A stretch of 57,122 nucleotides of DNA, counting the filler, from Sphacelaria rigidula (lineage: Eukaryota), in assembly GCA_964200075.2 (NCBI GenBank). It is 7 parts of 7 records of this genome, joined end to end, with 100 filler letters (N's around TTAATTAATTAA, not from the genome) between each part and the next. Parts side by side here need not be neighbours in the genome. Positions count along the whole stretch, not along the records: positions 49,049 to 57,122 come from CAXNAA020012400.1; 6 more parts are not named here. One strand, given 5' to 3'. The stretch's first letter is position 1. The number at the start of each line of letters is the position of its first letter. The notes under the pieces were generated by a model that did not search any database, was not told the DNA's origin, and worked only from the letters and a program-made list of their open reading frames with translations. Positions 49,049-57,122 of the stretch are shown piece by piece. The position numbers and the translations under genes are program-made.

Positions 49049-49239
49049 CCCAAACTTTTGAGCAGATGGGCACCTTCCCCTTGATTAGACAATAAATACA
49101 ATATGCGGATCACGGCCCAACTCGTCTGCGTCGAAGAGATATTGCTTTTAGAGCTCAAATCCGCTTTTAGGCTGGCCCAGCTCGTACAACATATCCACTG
49201 AGCTAAATAGTCAGCGCTAACACCGGTGGCCAAAGATTT

Positions 49240-49495
49240 TGTTTTGGCCAAACTTTCATTTCGAACAACAGACGGTGAAACAAACAGGGACACCTTCTGC
49301 CAGTGTTTGAATAACTGCCTTGACTGTTACTGAAAATGCACGTTTGGCCAAATGAAACCTTGATCACCGGAAAACACAAGGGTGCCCTGGGATGGCCTCA
49401 CCGACTAGAGCAAGTCATTCCAAGTTGTCAACATCCGCTTAGCCCTCTTTCGGGCAAAAAACAACGGAAAAGGACCAGAAAAGCAGTTTTAGCAG
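49240..49495. mobile_element. Fragment related to the right arm of the 16444-16907 element
   Basis: TAGAGCAAGTCATTCCAAGTTGTCAACATCCGCTTAGCCC...AAAAGCAGTTTT matches 16786-16870. Confidence 0.7.
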
Positions 49496-49542
49496 GTTGA
49501 AAAGTGGCCTTCGGCCGGATGTTATGGCACACAGAGTTTTGG

Positions 49543-49964
49543 CCCACGGATTGTTCACTTTTGGGACGTTTGGGCCACGTTTTAACCCCCAAGCAGGGAA
49601 AATCGCCAACACACGTCTAGGACACTCGGTATCACCCCACAGAGAGGAGCCTAGTCCGTTTTTCGGATTCGCTTGGCTCCGAGGTTTCGACATTGGCCGC
49701 TGAACAATAATTGGTGTCCAAAAGTCTGTGCTTGCCGACCCCCGCCAGTTTGCCCAATAATCTGTGGAGATCGCCATAGAATTTGTTGCACACGGGTTAT
49801 TGTTCAGCGGCCACTCTCGAAACCCTGGAGCCAAGCGGATCTGAAAAGGGGGCTAGGTTCTTCCCTGTGGGGTGATGCAAAGTTTCCAAGACGTGTGTTG
49901 GCGATTTTCCCTGTTTAAGGATAAAAAAGTGGCTCAAACGTCCCAAAAGCGATCGATCCGTGGG
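49543..49964. mobile_element. 422-bp fold-back element with ~170-bp TIRs (CCCACGGA...TCCGTGGG)
   Basis: Arms complementary up to GGCCGCTGAACAATAA / TTATTGTTCAGCGGCC; no clear TSD. Confidence 0.8.
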
Positions 49965-52025
49965 AAAAGAATGTGCGTACCGTAACAGTCGACCTTCGGC
50001 TACTTATCATGCATAAAAAAACTCTGTCAGAAAACGCGTTTTCTGATAAATGACCAAAAACCCACTTGAATGTTTTTGATAACATATCCCGGTAGCGATA
50101 ACCTCGGGCTATCGAAAATTGTTCTTCGAGAGCGTTTGAAAACACCCTACAGCCCATGACAGCACCTGTGATGGCTTGGCTGCCATCACTACTGCTGTCG
50201 CTGGTGCTCTCGGGCATTCAGCGTGTTGCACCATTGTCCTTCGCTCCCCAGTAGCGTGGTGCCCTTTACCCCATTCGAGCAACAGAGGGCAGTGTAGATG
50301 ACGAGTGCTGTACAGACAGGACAGTCTATATGTAGTCCGTACAATATCGTAGCTCAGTTTAGGTCTGTGCACGCAGCGTGTTGCGAACAGCTGTCGCAAT
50401 GCCTTACAGACTGCCCACACACACAAGACTGAAAGTTGGGTAGTGCTACTACTGCAGTACATTCAATGTATATAACACAGCACTGTCTGTACTGTTATCC
50501 ATGTTGTCCGTACAATCGATTACTACAACAGAGCGGCGAATCTGCAGCTCACTTCAGGTCTGGTCAAGCAGTGTGTTGCGAGCAGACGTCGCTTTGCAGT
50601 ACAGACTGCCTACGCATCCAAGCCTCGTGGATACAGAACCGTGCTGACAGTACAAACAAGGTTATGAGTAGTGCTACTGTTGTAGTACTACAGCCAATGC
50701 ATGCAATACAGCACTGTTGTGTGTACTGTTGTTCGTGCTGTTCTTTCAGTCAAGTACTACGAGTACCGTGCAGTAAAAAGCACAACCGTCAGTTCTATAG
50801 TCAGGTAGTACAGCAAGGAGATGTTCTTATTGATCGCCTTGCGTCTCGCAGCCCACCATGTACTGCTCAGGCAATATATCACCGTAGTACAGTCAGTACG
50901 GACCATACACCACGACAGGACGGCAGAGTTCTCCCTCTCTCTCGAGCGCCCCAGAATTTGAAATTATGCCTGCACACCTCATAGAAGCCGATGAACACTG
51001 CGTTTTCAATGTTGATAGTGCCTCGATCACGTAAGAAAGGCTACTTTGAAAAATTATGTAAAAAATCGCTCTATTGAAAAACGGCTTTTCTGATAACGTG
51101 TTTTTTCATACATGAGAAGTAGCCTCAGATCATTTTGGGAAGGCACAAATTGGTACATGTTCAAATATGATACTTTTAGCCCGTCTGTGAGCGACTTTCT
51201 CCCGTGGATTGAGTTTTCGTCCCCAAGTCCGTTGGGCAACGCTTCTCGACCAGCTGTGAGAAAACCAGATCGATTTCCCGATTCTCTGCACTTTCCAGTG
51301 AAGCCCAAGGACGTGCAAGCGGTGTTTCATCCTTCAAGTACAGGTTCGCACAGGGGTACCCTATGGTATATTCCAGTACAGTACCCTCCATCATCACAGT
51401 ACACGACAATGCCGTGCTGTAATACACGACGGTACAGCGAGTACTGTAGAACAGTGTGCGAGAAGAGTACAGTACGAGTGCTGTGCCGTTCATCACCCTG
51501 CAAGTTCGTCGGCAACAGACAATGGGATAAAACACCACCGTTCGCTGTGGTGATGAGCACGTCGTGCAGTGCGGTGTAGTACCGTCGCCGCAGGGCACGA
51601 CATAACACTTCTCATCCGCTTGTCGAACCCCGTGTGCACCGCTGTTGCTACGGAGCGGCCCCAGCAGCTGGCGCAGGTAGGCACGGTGTGCTGTCGGGAG
51701 ACTTTCTGCTGCTGCGCCTTCAAAACGTTGGAATGCTTCTTGTCTTCCTATCGTGCGTCACTGTATGTAGGCCATCTCCCTGCAAATTTGGAAGGCCTCA
51801 ACTTTGTCCCCCGATCTGTAGCGCATATTCGGAAAATCCCGATCTCAGCTCCCCCAATTTTCGTACAGATCGAGATTTATGTCGCCATCAAAGCTAGACT
51901 AATCCCCACCCGGGTCAACCCAGTTTCCCTCCATGACGTGAGATCACTCTATCGCTTCTCTAGACACGATGGGGGTTGTGATCCACCGTTTTCGCCAGTT
52001 GCACAGGCAGTCAAACACGAATAAC

Positions 52026-52690
52026 GATGCCCCCAAACACGCAGGGGGCATCTTGACTTGTCTCTAGCACATTCTATTCCCATGTGACCCCATCCTCTTC
52101 CCATCTCCTTCCTCGAAGATGAACTCAACACATCCCCTCCCAGAACAATCTCAGCGAAAGAGGGAGTGTTCGCAGTCGTTGAGTCATATGCGGTTGGAAA
52201 GTATTGAATCTGAACACGTGAACGCAAAACAATAGGAAGCGAGCAATTTATCCCATCAAGTGATACATGTCGTTTTTCGTCACGGGTTTGCGGATACCAC
52301 GGGGAGAATATTGTTCCACTCCCTCGTTGAACATGCGCTTGGGTCATCATGCACCGTCAGGGCATGTTACGTAAGAATGGTGATGCCCCAAACACTCAGC
52401 AGGCATTGTCAGACCGTATCCACCCCACCTCACCACTTTACAACCCCTGCCCATCCTCGGCGGGGATAAAAGCAACTCATACCCTACTCGTACGATTTTA
52501 GCGGGGAAGGGGGTGTTATCCGACGTGTGAGCTATTTGCGGCCGGACCACGATGAGTCTAAACACGTGTCCAGTGCCAATAGAAAGCCCACAACTGACCC
52601 TAACTCATGATTCTTGTTCTTCTCAAGGGGGTTACAGACACCACGGGGGAGGTATTGTCCCAACCCGGAGCTACTTTCGTGCTGGGATCA
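52026..52690. repeat. Diverged tandem duplication, ~356-bp period
   Basis: GATGCCCC(C)AAACAC at 52026 and 52382, with further collinear matches (AACACGTG, CCACGGGG.G..TATTGT.CC). Confidence 0.65.
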
Positions 52691-53455
52691 TGATCTACCC
52701 TAGGGACCTGTTGATCTCGGATGGCGATGCCCCTGAACTCGCGGATGGTCACTCAGATGTATGCATCTTTACTCGCTGATTCGGGACAATACCTCTCTCT
52801 CTCAGACGATGAGATGAGCATACAAGCTGGTCCACGCTTATCACCAACTATTGTGTCATTTGCAAAAACAGGGCATGTTACAAATTGAGGATGTTTTTTT
52901 TTTCTTTTGAGGATGAACCTTGGGAACCTTCAAAGGTATTAAACTATTTTCGAAGAAGAGATGCGAATGACTATTAGGCCGTGATTCGTGACCACGCTCA
53001 TCTTCGGAAAAATCCATCCGCAAGTCGTAAAATCTCGTGGTGATTCCAAACAGTTTCGACCTCGGTTGATTCTCAAACGAAAATGGCTTTATTTGTTAGT
53101 ACCCCCTGTTAAGACATGATTTTACACTTATCGAATGACTTTGTTTTCCGAGATGAGAGGCTGCACATCACGGCGGGATAGTGCATCTGTATTTTGTTTT
53201 CGAAAATATCTAGAGTAAACGTATCAATTTCGGTACAGTACCAATTAAGGTACTCTTTGTTTTAATAGTCCATACCTCCGCGAAATATTGGTTGTATTCC
53301 ATTCTGTTTTTTTCTGCGTGTGCACAAGGGCACGACGCTTCTTTTGAGCTACTGCACGTGCCTTTTGTATAAAAATACACCATCCCACAGCACTGTGAAA
53401 AAGGGCGTGTGCGTCTTTTTTCAAAATCGACCTTTTGGTCGATCGGTTGCTAAGC

Positions 53456-53970
53456 ATGCAGAGAGTAAAGGTGGATCCAGAACGTGCAACAGAGGCCGTA
53501 TAAGCGGTACGCAGCGGTCACATGACCTTCCATGCTACTGCAAAGACTTTTGAAGCTTCGTTGGTTCGCTGCAGAAGCGTGTCAGTGGTAGCGTGGGAAT
53601 AGCTGGCAGGGTTGGTCCGGGTACTGTACTGTCGAGGTGGGAAGAAAATTCCTTCGAAGATATGCTGAAAAATTCCCGCAGCTCGTCAACGGGCCTGAAT
53701 AGAGATGGCCTGAAACAGGCGGCTGTGGCACTCTCGAGCGACAACCAACCGGTGCCATAAGACCCGACAGTAGGCTCAGGTAGAAAATGGCTCGGCTTGT
53801 TCCTTCGGAGGCACCCGCGGCCAGGTGGGCGCAGCAACCGCATCTACAAGGCCGACAGGGTGGTGCGGCCGACGAAGGAGATCGCATGCCGGAGTTTTAT
53901 GCGGCTTGTGAGGACTACGTGCACAAGCAAAAGCGAGCAACCGACCACAGATGGAACACAGATGAGACAG
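53456..53970 (+). pseudogene. Decayed pogo/Fot1-like (Tc1/mariner superfamily) transposase, N-terminal part
   Basis: psq-type HTH (AV*AVRSGHMTFHATAKTF...GSLQKRVSG), GPGTVLSRWEE, CENP-B-type HTH GRKWLGLFLRRHP, first catalytic motif WNTDETG followed by a GT donor; stops and frameshifts. Confidence 0.85.
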
Positions 53971-54283
53971 GTGCGTTACTGTCTGTCAAGAGCCGTTCCG
54001 TTTATGTGATACAACGCATGTGTCTGGAGCTAGAGCCAGGGGCTGTTGGCGTGGTGTTTGTCTGCCCTCAGTCATGGTACGTTTGATTCGGTATTATTTC
54101 CGCCGCATTGCCCGCCCACGAAGTACTTGGTGTTTGCCTGCTCATTGCTGTTTCGGCGTGTTCTGCTGATTGCACTTACTCTTCACAGAGGTCCTGCCTA
54201 TACTGTCTGTAGAGGTGTTGCAAGTACCGCGCTTAGAGATTGTGCCAGTACTGTGCGTACCACCCGATACTCCACGTACTACT

Positions 54284-54583
54284 AACAATGTTTTCGTGAG
54301 ATTGAGAGTAGAGGATATGATCGGGACTGAAAAGCAGTCAATTAGCGACTGAATAGTTCCAGTTCCGAAATGCACCTCCGTGAGGCCCGATATGCTTTAG
54401 TTAGTAGCTCGCCACTGAGGCCCTTGATATCCCTGAGTAGGATATCGACGTGTAGCTGTAAGCACATGCTAGCGATAGAGACAAAGAAAAGCAGACACGG
54501 AATGAAAAATTGGCTTAGTTAGAGCGAATGATCAAAGCCGCTCTCAATGAGCATTCTACTATCAATCTCACGAAAACTTTGTT
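54284..54583. mobile_element. ~300-bp MITE with AACAA...TTGTT termini, copy 2
   Basis: Homologous to 8369-8670 over its full length; 4-bp TSD TACT. Confidence 0.9.
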
Positions 54584-54974
54584 TACTCTGTACCGTGCCC
54601 CCACCCCCCCCCCCCGCCCCTTACACCCGCCACTCGTGGATATCTTCGCCGTAGGTATTACTCCGCAAGGGATCAGGGCGTAGAAGGTCATCGCCGAGGA
54701 AGATTAGGCGAAGTTTTCGCTGCTTGGCTTGCTCTGTTTCGTGCTCGCTGCTGTCTGCGAGCCACGTCTACCGTTCTCGTAGTCATTGTCGATTTTGGCG
54801 AGAATTTTGTGTGTTGGGGGGGGGGGGATGGAGGGGGGGCGCGGGGGCCAGCAAACGTGTTTCATTGCAACTCGGTCACATACGTCGAACACCAATTTTT
54901 TGCGACAACTGTGTCGAAACTAATCCCACTTGGTTGGGTAGCTCTGAACAAACAAAAAGCTTAGAGCTCTGCGA

Positions 54975-55830
54975 ACGTGTTCGTCGAGTTCGGCGTTGCC
55001 AAACACGGAGAAGAATGCTCAAATTTGTTCCGAAAATCCGGGGATGGGCCAGTTTATTCCCCGAATTGCCTTTTTTTCCCTTTTTGGTGCCAGAAAGTGA
55101 TGCATCGTGAGGCATGGTGATGCATTGCGATGCATAAATGTTTGTCCCGGAGGAAAATATCTGGAACGCCCTGGCTCTAGGTGTTCCATTTTCGCAGCAT
55201 TGTCGATTTCTGGTGATTAGGGGGCATCACTCAACGTGCGTCATAGTACCTTAATCGTAAGGCATGAACACTAGATTTTGGGAGATTACTGTCAAAACGT
55301 ATCTCGATGGGTTAATGAAGCAGTAAAAGAAGAAAAACGTTTTCGTCGAGTACGGCGTTGCCAAACGCAGAATTAAGGGCGAAAATTGTTCCGAAAACTA
55401 GGGGGTAGGCCATTTTCATCCCCGGATTTTTTTTTTTTGCAAAACGGACTGCACTAATGTCATACACATATCTACCAAAATGATGAAGTCCGAAACGTCC
55501 CAGGTGTCCCATTTTCGTCGTCATTATCGATTTCTGGTGAAAAGTGAATGATTAGGGGGCACCACCCAACGTGCGTGATAGAGTACCTTAATCACAACCG
55601 ATGAGCACGAAATTTTGGGAGATTACTATCAAAACGTATTTCGATGGATTGAAAAAAAAAAACATAGTTTTTGTCGAGTACGGCGTTGCCAAACACCGAC
55701 TTAATGGCGAAATTTATTCCGAAACACAGGGGATAGGCGATTTTCATCCCCGGATTGAAATTTTGTTCTTTTGTTTTTTTGAAAACGAACCGCACTGATC
55801 TAATAAAAAATTTCACCAAAGGAGAAGATC
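54975..55830. repeat. About 2.5 tandem units of a 330-360-bp repeat
   Basis: GTCGAGT(A/T)CGGCGTTGCCAAAC at ~54983, ~55345 and ~55673; GATTAGGGGGCA.CAC.CAACGTGCGT twice. Confidence 0.85.
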
Positions 55831-57122
55831 TGAGACGTCTACGGTCGCGAGAAATCAACTGCTGCGTAAAGTGTACCGTAATTGAAACAGGGGGTGTTTT
55901 TGCCCCATTTTTCACGTCAATAGAGCCATACTCCACATCTACTCGTGCGACTTGGTTTGATTATTTTTCAAATTTGAGAAGCTCAGGTGATGAAATATTA
56001 TATTACCTCTCTCCGGATACTCTGGGCATTGTTCTACGTGTCGTGGTGTTCATGAACCGGAATTTTTCCCGTCAGGTGCCGTAAGCGTACCTTAATTGGT
56101 ACGTTTACCTCTGGATCCTTACCAAGGTTCGCAAGGTTCATCCTCAATGAAGAGTCTATGCCCCAGTTGGTAAAATCCCAAGTCAAATGCCTTACGCAAT
56201 ATTTACCTAATACTCGCATACATGGTATGATATTGACCGTCATGAAAAATCAAAGAGGTTGGTAGCCGGATTTGTCTTCAAAGCCATAGCAGTGGCGCCA
56301 AGTGCAAAAAGGTACCTCGACCAATCAGCGCTCCTCCAATCGTTCTTAAATCGACAATATCACTTCTTGGCTCAGTTTGTACCCAATCTCCACGTGCTTC
56401 GAATCGTAGTAACCGCCATCAGCTCGGGAATGTAACGGAGTGAAGAGATTTGAAAGCTGTAAATGTTACGATGGGATTAAGCTATATCCCGAACCGTCGT
56501 ATTTTGAGGACACGGAGTTTTAGCGTTGTTAGATTTTCACTGATGACACGCACGAAGACCGAAGGACTGAAGAGACTCTAGACGTGCTCCCTCATATCTG
56601 TCTTACAAAAACTCAGATCGCCCGAAAACGTGGCAGTTCTGCAGGCGTTGGTGCTCCAAATGAAGAAAAAGAAAAGGATGGTGATGACAATATTTCAAAG
56701 ATTCTCTGCTCTTCACGGGCTGTCTGAGGTCTCAGCTTTAAGATCCCCGGAAGGCGGTACAAAACGCCTCAGAGCAACATAATTGTAATGCGCCCCGCGA
56801 TAGTCGGAGGAACATATTTACAACGTTTGGTCACGAAACCCTAGAACCGCATACCGTTTTCCTGGCATTAAGGTAAACATACCCGAAGAGGACATTTCAT
56901 ATTAAACCTTTTGGGACTGAAGCTCAATAACACCATGTTCACCACGTGTTAGTAAAATGATAATAAACAAGTTTGGGAGCGACCTGTTCAATCAGGGCGA
57001 GGCGAAATTTATCGTCCACATCAGAACGACCAGGGGGGGGGGGGGGGCTGTCGCCGGGGGTGATGTCACTGCAAAGTTGGGGTACCCTGTCCCTGGCCCA
57101 CGAAAAAGCCTGGGAAGCAAAG

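Overview
This window is not one locus. It is seven unrelated ~8.07-kb contigs (1-8075, 8176-16250, 16351-24425, 24526-32600, 32701-40774, 40875-48948, 49049-57122) joined by artificial 100-nt N44-TTAATTAATTAA-N44 linkers. The DNA is eukaryotic, intron-rich and repeat-rich. Short GT-AG exons in long introns, a cyanobacterial-type Der GTPase and TTAGGG-like motifs suggest a plastid-bearing alga; a brown alga/stramenopile is my inference, not proven. Host genes seen only as fragments: three exons of a TPR protein, the last three exons of GTPase Der/EngA, and exons of an unidentified charged low-complexity protein. Most of the rest is transposon-derived: a near-full-length decayed RTE-type LINE with two nested MITEs, fossil CACTA-like and pogo-like transposases, a probable Crypton (tyrosine recombinase + GCR1_C) fossil, and many MITE families with readable TIRs and TSDs (hAT-, Harbinger-, piggyBac-, Sola-, Ginger- and Kolobok-like, plus one I cannot classify). 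I found no CRISPR array, rRNA, tRNA or prokaryotic operon, and no convincing new multi-gene system. The best leads are the Crypton-like fossil, the unclassified AACAA/4-bp-TSD MITE family, two homologous introns inside the CACTA fossil, and a three-level nested insertion. All protein-family calls are by-eye motif recognition, not database searches.
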